Shown piece after piece: positions 49,902 to 63,436 of a stretch of 64,000 bases of DNA. The first letter of the stretch is position 1; each line of letters opens with the position of its first letter. Under the pieces are notes generated by a model. That model was not told the DNA's origin. It worked only from the letters and a program-made list of their open reading frames with translations, and did not search any database. A program made the translations under genes and the position numbers. Source of the DNA: Phoronis australis (lineage: Eukaryota > Animalia > Phoronida); assembly GCA_002633005.1 (NCBI GenBank), contig NMRA01000274.1, positions 281,741 to 345,740 of the forward strand, given 5' to 3'.

Positions 49902-51875
49902 CGCCGGTTTACCTGAAATGAACATGGAGCATGAAACGAGGCTTGTGTTCCTAATAATCCGTCAACTTCACCACCGATGTATGGACCTCGATACTGTCTA
50001 CACATTTTGGTGTGTTCCACTGAAGACGCTTATTTTCGAAATCTGTGTAAAATGGTCTTACGGGTTATAAATGATTTCTCTTTGTGTGCAAGAAAATCCC
50101 GACTCCATCCATTCAATGCACTACGTATATATTCCCAGGCTTTAGAGCTACACCCCGTTCCTGAATGAGGGACTCTTGCAAGAACAATGGTGTGTAAATG
50201 ACCGTGCAATAGTGCGTTAACTCGAATAGGGCCCAACGCAGCTATTTTGATTGGGGCACCCATTCAAGATCAAGCCAGCAGTTGACACCATATTTAGGAA
50301 ATTGGAGGCTCTGGTGTGCAGACACCATGTAGCGAGACCATCACGAAACGGCCCACCTGAAAATGTCAACATGTCGTGGAAATTGACATGTTGAAAAAAT
50401 AGTTAGGAAAGGGAAACAGGGAAAAGCAGAATTGGTCACGAGATTGATTTTGATTACCGAAATTACACGATAATGTCGTGATTTGTTCGTCTGAAAGTAC
50501 CGTGCATATATGTGGAGACTTGACTGGTTCTACCTCAGTGTAAGTAAGATAATGCGTGGGTCTTTGCTAACGAAGTAAATGTTATGGTAGGGAACAGACC
50601 AGTTTCCAACTTTCACTGAGGAGAATAGTAAGAAAACTCTCTTGTAAAATTAGGATTTTGCAGAGTTGGCCCTTTATGACATCGACACAACTATAGTGTG
50701 TTAATAATGAATTATTTTTGAGCTATCAAAAGTTATTACTCACTACATTATTTTAGTGTCGTAGTGCGAGTATACATAGCCAGGCGAGCAATGAGTATAC
50801 ATACATTAACATTTATGATAATTTTAAGTGTCGAGTTTTAATCGCTGAACTTAAATAACAATTGCCAAAATTGTCAGTCTAGTCTCACAACAATAACTGG
50901 TCAAAAGATTGCTTTCAAAACTACGAACCATGCTCAGCATCACTCGGAGGTTTTTTTTAAACAAGCTAATACCTACTTAGTTGTAGTTCGCCCGGTCAAG
51001 CACTTGACCGATAATGATAAAATAAGGCCTATAGCATAACTGTTTACGATAACTCGACAGCTTCACGCTGTTTAGCCATAGATAGTAGGTGCAGTGTATG
51101 GTTCAGTAAAAGACTATAATATTATCTGTAAAACATACTAATCTGTTTTCCTCAGCACGGCGAGTGCCTGTATAATGTCAGCCATATACGAACCGTCGTC
51201 GTCAACGGTTATATCTCCGCCAATGGTAGTGAAACACTTCGTTATGCCAACACAGAGATCTCAGTCAAAAAGCACTCTTCCGTACCGGAAATTTAGCCGT
51301 GAAAAAACACCATCTATGTAGGCGACACATCTTATATGGGATAACCCTCCGTGACTGAGCTTGTTTTGTGGTAGACTACTAAGAGGCAAAAAATGTGTCA
51401 TTCTCTGAATACATACCCTGAACCCTGCTAAGATCTTAGTGATAACAATATTATTACAACTTAGGTTTTTGATAGACAGCTGAACAGTTAGATCTATCCG
51501 CCCATTAATATTTCCAAGAGCAGTCCCTTTTTTCACCTGGGGGACCGGCGAACTGCGATAGTTTGCCGAGGTCGACGCATCTCGTATCCTGAGTTCATAT
51601 GTATCAGCTGCTGTCGGATGTTGTAATTAAAATGAACATCGATAACTATCGATTTACTGTGCGAAAGTGTGCCTTGTTAGAATACAACGAGAATGGAGAT
51701 AAAAAATCAAATGCAATTTTTGTTTGGCCTAACAGGCTTCAGACTCAGTAGGGCTTCAAGGTTTTTAGTCATATATGCGTCAATAGGATACTGTATATCG
51801 TAAGATCATGAACGCCACCAGGACGATCGAGGAACGCCAGTATCGTGATAGGAATGCGTCAACTATTACAGTACA

Positions 51876-52021
51876 CAGGGGCGGATCCAGGATTTTGAAT
51901 TGGGGGGCATGGCAGAGTATTAGCCAGGATTTTGCCCGTCAGACATTCGCATCCCCCATCTGACAAATGTAAACTGGGAGAATTTTAGAGGGGGCATGGC
52001 CCCCCTCTAAATCCGCCACTG
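51876..52021. mobile_element. Short MITE (CAGGGGCGGATCCAG..AAATCCGCCACTG)
   Basis: Terminal inverted match. A related copy at about 49026-49291 spans an N gap at 49057-49065. Confidence 0.65.
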
Positions 52022-55000
52022 GCACATGGCTCGAACGGGTAAGCGGTGAAAAATGCTAGCGATTCGCGAGAAGTGGTGCCAACGTCAGGTCCGGCAACAA
52101 TAATTCTAGCAACCACACCGAATGCCAAATTCCAAAGCTCAGTTTGACAGAGAGGCCACTAACTCCTGCCAGCTTTTCTAACGTTGAGTTATTTCCGGAT
52201 GGTGCACACGGGACGTGCTGCTGAGGTGTATAATTTTTCATAGTGAGGGTATATTTTCCGGCAAAATTTTCTAACGAAATGGAGAATTCCGATTTGATTC
52301 CCTACAAAAGGGTGAGACATAATCATTTTAACATGGTATCTCTTTTAGTGCTGATTCGGTCTGATGGGTTAAAAAGACAACTGTCCAAGAAAGGGTCAGG
52401 TTTCTGAAACCCGCTGCTACAAAATTATAATTGTGGACGAAAACTTGGCAATATATTTCTAACTTACAGGGGTCCCCGTATTTTGAGAACCAGTTCGATG
52501 CCCATTATTCAGTGGGGAAACTGGTTCTGTAATTGTGGAACCCCCCTGCAAGCGACTATTACTAAAAACTGTACACGGGGAGGATTTTTTAATGAAATTC
52601 ACCCTCAAATGTGTCCCTTTTCAAGTCCATTCTCAGTACAACTGTGTTTCCTAAATTTTCAGGTGAATCTCCCGTTAAAAGTACAGTCGAATACAAAAAA
52701 GTTGTGACCACGTACCTAATTTGCGTCCAGGACTAATAATCCACAAAAGAACAGAGGGTAGAATTCATATTTCAGATGCCTCTCCGGTGTAAGGTCTCAA
52801 GCGACAATCGTAAGAACGAGCAATATTCGCACACCTGAGGCCTATTTACAGGAGGTAATGCACCGCGGTTGCTAGTAACCGCAACGACGACTATTAAACA
52901 ATACGGTTATATTTGCATGAGTGAACTTCAAAACCAACATCATTTCATAAGCAGTGCACAAGCACGCACATCGTCAGCACCGCTATACAAGAAGCAACAC
53001 CTCGAGTTTAACTGGGAACTCGAACACCTTGTTAGCTGCTACGGAGAGACATTATTTTAAGAGGTTGTTTGATAACACGTGGAACAACTGGCTAAAATAA
53101 TAGGTTTTGCGAATGATTTGTTGCTAAAATATAAATTGAGCGTCAATGGTAACGAATGAAACGTAGGGCTGTTGCACATGTATTATACACAACCTCTGAC
53201 ATTTCATTCTTTACCATCGACAGCTCAATGTATATTTTATTAACGAATCATTCGCATGGCCGTATCAATACTTAGTCGTCAACGTGTTAGCTTCTGAGTC
53301 ATGAAGTCAGTCTGTAGTGCAACATACCACAGATAATTAGCCCCTAACGTCACCGGGGGGTGGGGGGGGGGGGGGNGGGGGTCAACCACTCTCGCATTCC
53401 ACCAAGAGTACACGAAGAGTGGTTATCTCATGACGCCTGAGATCTAAACATGAGAAAGAAAGTGCTATACGCTGCATGCCTTATAAACTTATCCTGGTGA
53501 GACAGCGGCCAATACACACAGTTTGCTGGATGTGGGTTAAAATATCTGCAGTCACGAGAAGCTGAAAGTACCCTGGGCTCGCTAAAAAAACACAAAGGTT
53601 TTTTGTACTCACTCTTTGCCACACACTCGGCCCCACGGAGGACACAATTAAACCACTGAAATACTGTACATGAAACCAGCTCTAGAATTCTTGAATTCAA
53701 ATACACCAGTTGCATTTACCTGCACCAGATTCCTACCATATAAATGGACCGACTACATAGATACGTGTGCTTTGATTTTAGCTTTCAATTTTAAGTTAAA
53801 GTTTTGTTAAAACAACACTGAGTTGCTGAGTATGTGGCCTCACTGAGTACAAGCTGTCACAGATCAATGGCTCACCGCAGCTTACAATAAAGGGGAATGT
53901 ATGGTTACCGTACTCAAATATACGCCTGTTACACGGACTTACAGAATGTAGGCCTACTTACGCTCTATTAAAACTCTGCACTATCAGTTATAAGCAGGGT
54001 CTGGCTTAGCCCGAGATATCCAAGACGTAGTCACTCGCTATGTACATCGAACGGAAATGAAATACACTTGAGCGCTCCTCTCTCGATCTGAACAGTGTTG
54101 TCATGTACGAAAACAAACGTACTGTGGGCCGTCTATGTCAATACCAACTCAAAGGCTTTGAAGCAAACAAAACTCAACAATGTGGGCGACATGTTGGCCG
54201 GGTTAAAAACTAGGACAAAAACGCCCAGTGAATTGAATATTAATGTTTGGCACAGAGTTGATGATTTGAATAAACAATTCCAACAACGACCACTGATGTG
54301 TCTGCTAGTTAATTTGCATTTATTAAATAAACAAACGTGCAGACATACGAAAGGAAGGCAGTCGAGGCTTAAAAAACGGAATAACTAAAAATTACGAAAA
54401 TAGAAATATGATTCAAATTTGAGGAATGGTTTAAAACATCGACATTTTCTGCTGGAAAATCGTTTAGAGTTGAACCAATTAAAACTGCTGGTCTTCACTT
54501 CACGTTAACCTCAGGGATGATATTCTAAATAGATGAGTGCATCAACGTAGCATAAATAAATCTGCAAACTGATCAGACTCGAAGGCAGAGAGGGATTGTG
54601 GGGTTTGACTAGCCGCCCCTCCACCAAAAAGGCTACGAAATATAGACAGGCAGTAACCGTTTGCTCTTTGGAAATTGTTGCCATCCCTCCTCACTCGAGA
54701 CGTTCTAGAAACTCCAATGACACGAGTCTATCTTTAACAACATTTGCTTATATTTTTTGCAAAAAGGAGGCCTGTGTGTTGACCCATTTACCTTCGTGTT
54801 GTTTATGGCTTGCAAATTACCGTCTCCCAGTCAAATTCAGTTTAATTTGCAGGAAGACAACCAAAAGAATCGACCCTTTCTGATTTACAAAAATACGACG
54901 GGTCCGTGCTAACAGCTGTCCTGGCTGAAAGCCACGCAAAATGCGTTTTCAGCGGTAAAATCGAGATTTATAGCTACATATAAAAATCACAATTCTACAT

Positions 55001-55669
55001 ATGACTTTTTTCATAACATGAGTATATGTAAATATCTAACGTGTGGTAGTTAATATGATAGTGAAAAGGCAAAAAAGAAAACATGTGCACTGGTCAGAAA
55101 ATACGATCTGCAAATGGGAAATAACGGGAACTAAGGCCGGCGAACTGAAACACGAACAGCATTACGAAACATTACCACCCGAAACTGTTGAATGAAATCT
55201 TCATTTATAGTAGATAAGCTGTTCGGTAAAATTAACTGTTCTCCCATAAGGCGCACTCAGATGAATGTACAATAAATACATAAAATAAACAGTAAAAGAA
55301 ATGTAACAAATGTACAATAGACAATGAATAAATATAAATACATATACCAATGAATGAAAAATATCGTAAAAATGTTAACCAGTATAAATGATAAGGAAGG
55401 AATGGAAGATATGAAATGATAGACATTTATACGTGAATTGTGTATATGAAATAAGTTAAAAATGAAATAAATAGTAATACCAGTGAAATAAAAAGCCAAT
55501 AAAATGATTGACGAAGGTATAATGCAGTTGTAAATGATAGAATTTTTAGTGAAAAACAACCGTTGATAGAAATAAGAGGGCAGAATAGTATGATACATTT
55601 GTTTAAGAAGCAGTTACATTATGTGCGTTGTTATCGTTGTCATAGTGACAAGATTAACATCCTACCCAG

Positions 55670-55919
55670 GGGCCTGTTCCAAGAAACTGACTTAAGTTAA
55701 TTTTTGACTTAAGTCTAAGACTTATCTTAAGTTCCAAACTTTGAAACTTCCACATTTGGAAAGTTAGGCAAAATTAAGACAAAATTTAGGCAACACACTT
55801 ATGTCAAACTTAAGATCTCTTTCTTGAATTGGTTTTGAGACAAATCTAATTTTTATTTTAAAGTTTACAAAAAAAAATAAGATTTGTCTTGGCTAAGTCA
55901 GTTTTGTTGGAACGGGCCC
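55670..55919. mobile_element. PIF/Harbinger-like MITE with 3-bp CAG TSD
   Basis: TIR GGGCCTGTTCCAAGAAACTGACTTA / TAAGTCAGTTTTGTTGGAACGGGCCC, with CAG on both sides. More diverged relatives with similar termini lie near 12297-12545, 15390-15560, 28802-29040 and 45687-45936. Confidence 0.7.
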
Positions 55920-56109
55920 CAGGTTTATAATAATGAAACCATCCACAATTTGAAATGTGTCCTCTGAGGGTTTGTCAAAAATATTCACACTTATCAAATA
56001 GAAAATAATATTATTCACAGACAATGTGCAATTATAAATTAAACCACGACTTTATAATATTGAAATCCCCAAACTATGGGAGTCAATCTCAAGGATTTCT
56101 TTAAAAAAG

Positions 56110-58815
56110 ACAAAGATTACGACAATATAATTCATTTTAAAAATCTTGGAAGGGATAATTTTTTGCACAAAAATGAATTAGAATTATTTCATTCGTACAA
56201 CTGGAACTTCCGAACGCCCTATCCTCTGTCACAGCCCAAACTAGCCTCTCGTGGCACCGGGCCGGAGTGCGTGATATAGTGGAACATTTCGACCCCATGT
56301 CCATTTTTGCTTGTTTGGTCCATTGTTGCACTTCAAATGAAATTTACTTTCACTGGTTAAGTCAGTTGTGTTCTTTAGTTTAGGATCAAAACACAAGGCG
56401 GCCGAGAGCCTGGGGGTGTCAAACCTCCAACGTATTTTGCTACGTCTCACGGTGGCCACAGCAAATCTTTTGAAAACCACGACGAAGTTGGAAAGCAAGC
56501 AACTAGTTTTATTTCAACGATAAGCCAACCAGTAATCAAACTCTTGAATAAAAGTTAAATTTCGTATGAAGTCTGTTTTATTAACTCAAGCAATATGAAT
56601 AGTTCAAAGACATATCCTCTATCAAAATACGTGTTACAATTTCATATGCACTAAAATCAATGCTTTTCAGGAGCACTGCCATTCAGCCACACAAAGGCAA
56701 GTAAATCACTACGTTGCATCTACTGACAAATAAATGCTAGACTCCTGATTCTAATCTCCAAACTCACACACAATTCAAGACTCAAAACTAAAGGGGCATT
56801 TCGCCGCTGTTCAGCTGTCAAAAGGTCTTTGAGGTTTAATACATAACGTTCATCCGATTTTTAATTGTTGCCGAATGCCTTGAACCGGCAACTTAAGGAT
56901 ACTGAGCGATGCATGCTTATGCCATGTTCGCTTTGTTATGGTCTCTAAAATCCTTCCTCAATGCCAGCATTTACATTGATATTCATTTTTTGGATTAACG
57001 ATGAAAATGATCCATTTGTTTAGTTCATAGTGACGACTTTCCTTCCCGTTGCCAGGCGGCAGGAATTTTTTCATAACCATGCCCATGATCATTAGAGCAA
57101 AAAATAAAAACGAATGTCAGCGTCCTTTACATTAGTTTGCGTAGTGCCATGTGTGTTTCAGCGACTTACCAACATATTCCGAATACGACAAAATTAATTG
57201 AGGTCGCCCAGACTAATTTTTACACCTGTTACTCACTGATTTTTACCCCCTTTTTTAAATAGGAGCACTCTTTGAAAAAATACGTTTTCTCAGACAGTCG
57301 TGTTTCGTAGAGATGTGACACATAACTGCTGAAGCGGGTTAATCTGAGCCTCATTAGTAGAAAAGGCTCTAGTGTGTTGCGGTCCAATATTAAAACGCCT
57401 CGAAGGTAATGTTCGTTTATCTCATTTTATAACCACTTCATTTTTACACACAACATCACGTGAAAAAAATCCTGTGTGAAAACGTAACGACAATATCGGA
57501 TAACAGTACTAAAGATTTCTCTACAAAAAGAACAAAGAAAACAATGATATAATTCACTTAAAAATCTTAGTTGTAGTGATTTTGTAAAATATGATTTAAA
57601 ATTATTTCATTCGTACAACCGGAACTTTCGGAACGCGGTGCCCTCTGTCGCAGCACCACCCGTGTGGCCTCTCGTGGCCTGTGCCGGAGAGTGTGATGTA
57701 TTGGAGAGTATACCCACGCAGTATGCCATCTTCCTGCTTTGCAACGTAGATATTATACAGTATCTTTGGTGTAACCTAACCTCGATAAGCTAGTTTGCGT
57801 TCCTCACGGTGCCTGCATGCTTTGAAAGACAAGACGAGAGAGTGGAAGCATAGTCTGACGAGTTTGATTTCAACGACGAATCAACTAGTAATCCAACCGT
57901 AATAAAAGTGAAATTTTGCCCGCAGATTATTTTAATACCCCAAGCAATTGAATAGCTCAAAGACATTTCCTGTATCACTAAAACATGCATTACAGGTTTA
58001 TTGGTGAATAGGTACTAAAATTGATGCTTTTCAAGAGCACTGCCATTCAGCAACACATAAGCAACTCTCAACGTTGCGTCTTAAGACTTAAATCGACAAA
58101 TAAATAGCCTCCTGATTCTAATCTCCGAACTCAAAGAGTCGACACTAAAGGGGCATTTCACCGCTGTTCAGCAATCACCTAGTAATAGCTCTTTGAGGTT
58201 TAATACATAACCACCCTCATCCGATATTGAACTGTTGCCGAATGAGCCGGCAACTCAAGGATATTGAGCAATGATGCCATTTTCGCTTATTATGTACAAA
58301 ATCTTTTCTCAAAGTGGATGCCAGCATCTATCTGGACATTTAGCTCTTGAGTGAGCGAAGAAATCAGTGTTTCATTGGTTTACGTCATAGTGATGACGTT
58401 CAGGACATTAATATTTCCTTTCCAATGTTAAGTGGTAAGAATTTTTTTCATAGTCACGCGCATGAACATTACAGCAAAGACGAAATCGAATGACATTGTA
58501 TTTCACATTTAGTGAAGTTGCTCCACCTTGCGTTGTGCCAAGTCACTAGACTCATCTGAGTAAACTGAAGTCGCCCAAAATAAATTTCAAACCTGTTCTT
58601 CATTGACTTCAAACTCGTTTGATTTTGAAATAGGGACACTTACTTGTAAAAAGATGTTTTCACAGACAATCGTGTTCCGTGAACATCTAATACATAACTG
58701 ATGAAGCCGGTTAATTAAACGGCTCGAGAGCATTGCGGCCCATAACGCTCCGAAGGTAATGGTCGCAAACCTGGGTGTCGTTTATCTTATTTTATAACAA
58801 TTTCATTTATAAATA
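56110..58815 (+). repeat. Old ~1.4-kb tandem duplication (copies about 56110-57450 and 57530-58815), apparently non-coding
   Basis: Colinear shared blocks: TTATTTCATTCGTACAAC.GGAACTT, GCCTCTCGTGGC, GAGCACTGCCATTCAGC, CTCCTGATTCTAATCTCC, AAAGGGGCATTTC.CCGCTGTTCAGC, TCTTTGAGGTTTAATACATAAC, ACATAACTG.TGAAGC and CGAAGGTAATG.TCG. Confidence 0.85.
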
Positions 58816-59428
58816 AAACGTGACCACAAAATTGGATACTAGTACCAGGAAACTCAAAATTGTGGGCAAAAAAATTGATCACAAACGAAAAAAGGTCCAC
58901 ACGAAACTGTATTTTTAAAATTTTCAAATTTGGAAAATCTGATTAGAAAAGCGCCTGGTGCTCTTTGCCCACCTTTTTCTTTTATTTCCCAACCTTTTTT
59001 CCTCACGAAAAAGTTGACAATAAAAGAAAATGGCTTCCTTGTCTAACAGTTGCCTGTTTAATAGTCCAGGGACTTGCAGTAGTTGTCCATGAACACCGGC
59101 AAAGGGCGACGAAATTTTCGTAGGAACCAGTGTGTCATTTCATCAACCCCAGCTGAAAGACACATCTTTATGTACGCTCCAGAAGATGTGATTTATTACA
59201 TTTTTTCGCATCTAGTTATTCGCCTGAATGAATGATGATGTCAATCAACAAATCACGACAAACAAGTTAGGAACCACTTGAGACCAAAGTGAAAATGGTT
59301 TAAACAATAACAGAAGGTAGAACTTGGACACACGACAAAAAGGCAGGACCAAATTGTCATAAACGCAAATCATGACAGTCAGAGCAGGAAGTAAACATTT
59401 GCACAACAATGCTGATCCAAGAGATCAC

Positions 59429-59534
59429 TGTGACAATACAGGCCAATGTGACAATTCAGGCCAATGTGACAATACATGCCAATGTGACAATTCAGGCCCA
59501 TGTGACAATTCAGGCCAATGTGACAATACAGGCC
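59429..59534. repeat. 18-bp minisatellite, about 6 copies
   Basis: Unit TGTGACAAT(A/T)CAGGCCAA. Confidence 0.93.
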
Positions 59535-60540
59535 TGCACAGCAATCTTTCATCATGTTTGATTCTATTACACAATGATACAAGTTGGGGAATAAATATGC
59601 CATTGGCCTTCACCTTTAAACCAAGAAAAAAATTAAGAAAATTCATATTTATTCATAATTTAATACAGGTCATTACATATTGTTTAAGGAAGTTATAAAT
59701 TACAATTAAATAGCACCTGGTATAACATATAAAAAAGTTAACATAAGTGGTGCAAATTATTTTACAGATAGTCATTAAGATAGTTTCCACTGAAAGTAGG
59801 TACCAAGTTCTAACAAGATGAAATGGAATTTCAGAGTACACTATGCAATTTGCATTAACACTATGGTCATAGAGTTTTTAGGTTAAACAGGAAATGCTGT
59901 TCATGACTAACGTTTCAAAAGTTGTGGAACGTTTTTTGTTATCCAAATCAATTGTAATACTCTTCACATTCCATCATCACAGAGAATCCCTAGAAAACAA
60001 TTATGATAATTACTTCCATACATTTACAATTGGTACACAACCATTAAAATTCTGTGAACTGCAGGTGAACTCAATCTATATTCATTTTTATCTGCCCGTT
60101 TTGGAAAAAAACTACCATATCTGCTTGGGTTAACACACAGCGCATTTAAATTGAGAAATTTAAAAATTTGAATACATATATCCAAATTAAGTAATGTTTT
60201 TGAAAACACAGGAAGGGTCATGTGGCTTAATATGGGCATTCTTCATTTATAAAATCTGTCTGTTTCTTAACATCAACCTTCAACCTATATATATATATAT
60301 TTGCACTAGGGGACGGAAGTTGCTTTAAATAGACCGTAATGAATTTTAAAAATCAAGTTTCTACAGCAATTTCAGGAAATCATTATAGGCCACTCACCTG
60401 AACAGATATGTTAACTGGCCTAGTAAATCCAATTAAATTTCACAAAAATCATGCTCTAAACTTATAATATTTTGGTTTGTATAATTTCCTATATCAAATC
60501 TCGTTCCTTTCCACTGTCATCTCATAGATTTCAATCAGCG

Positions 60541-62530
60541 TCAAGAGTTGCTGTCTGTTCTAGCCAGGTATTCGGGTATCGGGTTGTCATTGAGGTATTT
60601 CTGAAGGTAAGTACACGTGAGTCTCATCTTTCCATCAACAGCTACGATGTAATCAAAGGCTGTCTGAAATAAGAAAAGTAAGGAATGGATAAAATTTAGT
60701 TCACATTATCATGAAAAAGCACAGACCATTTACAAGTCAATAAATCACATAAATCGTAAAAGAATGAACAGAAACACACAGAAGAGAGGAATTACTTTTT
60801 TGTAACATTAGATTTATGTGGAAGTCAAACCAGTGACCCTGAGTGGCCCTATAATAAAAACAGTAAAAACCCTCCAGTTTTGGACAGTCTAAAATTTGGG
60901 ACACATATAATCAATCTGAAATTGAAGTTTCTAGGTTCTGAAGATTGACACATGGGCAATTTTGGCTATCATTATATTTCTGAAATGAAGGACACCGCGC
61001 TTAGCATCAACAGAGTCTGAAAATATACTTGACAGTTGATAAAGTCATCAAAAATGACCGCAATGTTTCCATGAGACCCCTCACTGTGTAACATCAAAAT
61101 GAATCTTAGTTTGTCACTGATAGTAATTTTTGAATTTGGGATGGCTAGCATTGCCAATTTCTAAAATATGGTAAAAGCACTGACTTAGAGTGAAATAATT
61201 AAATTTTCACTGTCTCAAACTAGAATTTTTTTACTGCAATGCACGTTAGTCAAGATTCACTCACTACGAGTACATATGTTACTGTTAATTAGTGTAAAAA
61301 ATGTTCTCCAGTCACATTTAAGTTACACCAGTTTAACTTAGAAGGGAGTTTGCCAAATACCATACTTGTTATGAATGCTGATCCCATTCAAATTCAACAT
61401 ATGAATCAAGTGACACTAAACACACACATTCAAATTCACTTCATTAACAATTCAATACAAACTAAACAATAAACATTGATTGAGTAAGAAAATATCACAT
61501 CTGAATTCGAGGATTTCATGTACGATGCGGGTGTCATTCTCAAATGCACTGAGGGACGTTTTTAAATCATGAAGATCCGGTAAAACCTCGATGACATGTA
61601 TTGTAAACTACATGACAAAAACAACAGTTGCCACTTGAGCGCACTAGAATTGAAGGCACTGGTCCACTCCAGCATGCTTTGTGGTTCAAAATTGAAGAAG
61701 CAACCATCACAAAAATAAAAGATTGAAAGTGAGCCTCAAAATGCGTTAATTGAATTAATACATAGATCAGCAAATCTTCTGCAGAACTGGAGGCACATGC
61801 CATCTGGTTACATTGAACTTAAATATCACCTTCTAAAATGCAAATACACAAATCAAATTACGTGTCCACAAGATTTCTGTGATGTCAACGAACACTGCCG
61901 ACAACTGTCCTACAACGCATTTCAAAATTGACAGCAACGCGTAGATGAAATCCAGTGTATTTCAATGTAATTGTCGTAGACCAAATAAGCCACCAGACCA
62001 AGTGAACTTAGTCTGCTTCCATGGTCCAACCTCGTAGACCTCCAGAACTCAAGTTGCCAGTGCGGTCTACCAATGAGACTTGAATATTTATCACAGTTTT
62101 AAAGTGACCGGGGTTGCCAAATACAGTAAAATTCTTAAAATCGATTTCATTTTTATGGAGTTTTTATCATTCATCAGACTTCAATGATAGACTGAAACTC
62201 AAGGGAGGGCTTTCACTTGGTCTACGAGGTTGGACCATGTGAGCAGACCAAGTAAACTCGGTCTGGTAGCATGCTTGGTCTATAACATAATTCCAATAAA
62301 CTTGCGAAACATTCTCTGTGGGTGCAGTAAAATGACCACTGTCAACAATGAATGTCAACAAGGTCAGTTGCTAAACACTCTCCTTTAAGCCCACGAACTC
62401 ACTTGAGCTAGGTGTTTGGCAATTCCCTTGCCTCGGAATGAGGTTGGGACCTCCGTGTGGTACAAATCGGCAAACCCCGGCTTGATCCACTCATAGTCTA
62501 ACACAGCCTTCTCTGCACACACTTCTCCAT
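60541..62530 (-). CDS. NATD1: Protein NATD1 (small GNAT-like acetyltransferase domain), last two coding exons; the first exon probably lies beyond the right edge
   Basis: Exon 62530-62403 (DGEVCAEKAVLDYEWIKPGFADLYHTEVPTSFRGKGIAKHLAQ) and exon 60663-60541 (TAFDYIVAVDGKMRLTCTYLQKYLNDNPIPEYLARTDSNS*). These match my recollection of NATD1 motifs HTEVP..RGRGIAKHLA and LTCWYIQKY..NP.P.YL. Confidence 0.9.
61990..62270. mobile_element. MITE-like inverted repeat in the last NATD1 intron
   Basis: CAGACCAAGTGAACTTAGTCTGCTTCCATGGTCCAACCTCGTAGACC pairs with GGTCTACGAGGTTGGACCATGTGAGCAGACCAAGTAAACTCGGTCTG. Confidence 0.7.
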
Positions 62531-63436
62531 CTGAAACCATGACAGTGTGCTGTAGTGAAGGGAGAAGCATAAGTTAGCTGTCTTCCCCTAAGATTGGTCG
62601 TGCAGCCGTACACCATATCAACACTGGTAACCAATACAAATTTCTCTTCAAGCAAATGTACAGCCTGTAGTGCTTAATTACCTAAAAATCTTCTCGCGGC
62701 TCTTGATGTTTTGAAATAATTTCAACTCAAATACTTCTTTCACATGTCTCTTCATTTGTCAACGATCACAATTTGTCTTGCCGGGTATAAGAGGTGCAAC
62801 CCTGGCAGCCAAGTTTCGAGAACTATTGAACTCCAGCAGATCACCTGTTAGTAATTGGCTCATTCCGGAGGTCACGGAGGTTGACCTCCATGTGATTAAA
62901 AAAATTACATGCTACAGACATGCACAGTGATGCAATTCCTACAGCAATGTCTCGGTTCATCATTTTGCTGATGGAACGAAGGACTATTTGGAAAAAATGT
63001 TGATTGCAAGAGTATTTACTCGAGCTGGACAGATTGAAAAACTGTCAGTGTAGAGTAGTTGCCTTCCAAAGTTCCAAGGTTCCATTTTCCATTAAAAACG
63101 TACCCATGGTAATTTGCCTCTGATAGTTTAGGCATGGTTGAGTGTAATTTGCAGAAAATCTTCCAGCATACTGACTGCCCCATGCCTGGCCATGACCTAA
63201 ACAATAAACATTACCCTAGCTAACAATTTAAGACTGTGAGCTTATCCTGGCATAGGCAATGACCATCGCCTCTGTTGGCCCGAAGCAGAGGCGATGTAGA
63301 GGCTATAGGCGCTATGTACGCCGGAAGCTTTTCGGCGAATTATGCCTCGCACCGACTAAACCATCAAAGTCACGTTGTTATAAATACCTTTTGCGCATAG
63401 AGGAATACCTTAGGAGGTTGTCGATGTGTTTAAGTT

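Noticed and set aside
55232-55598. Hydrophobic 113-aa and 64-aa ORFs resembling membrane proteins
   Set aside because: Very AT-rich low-complexity DNA gives F/I/Y/L-rich translations by composition alone.
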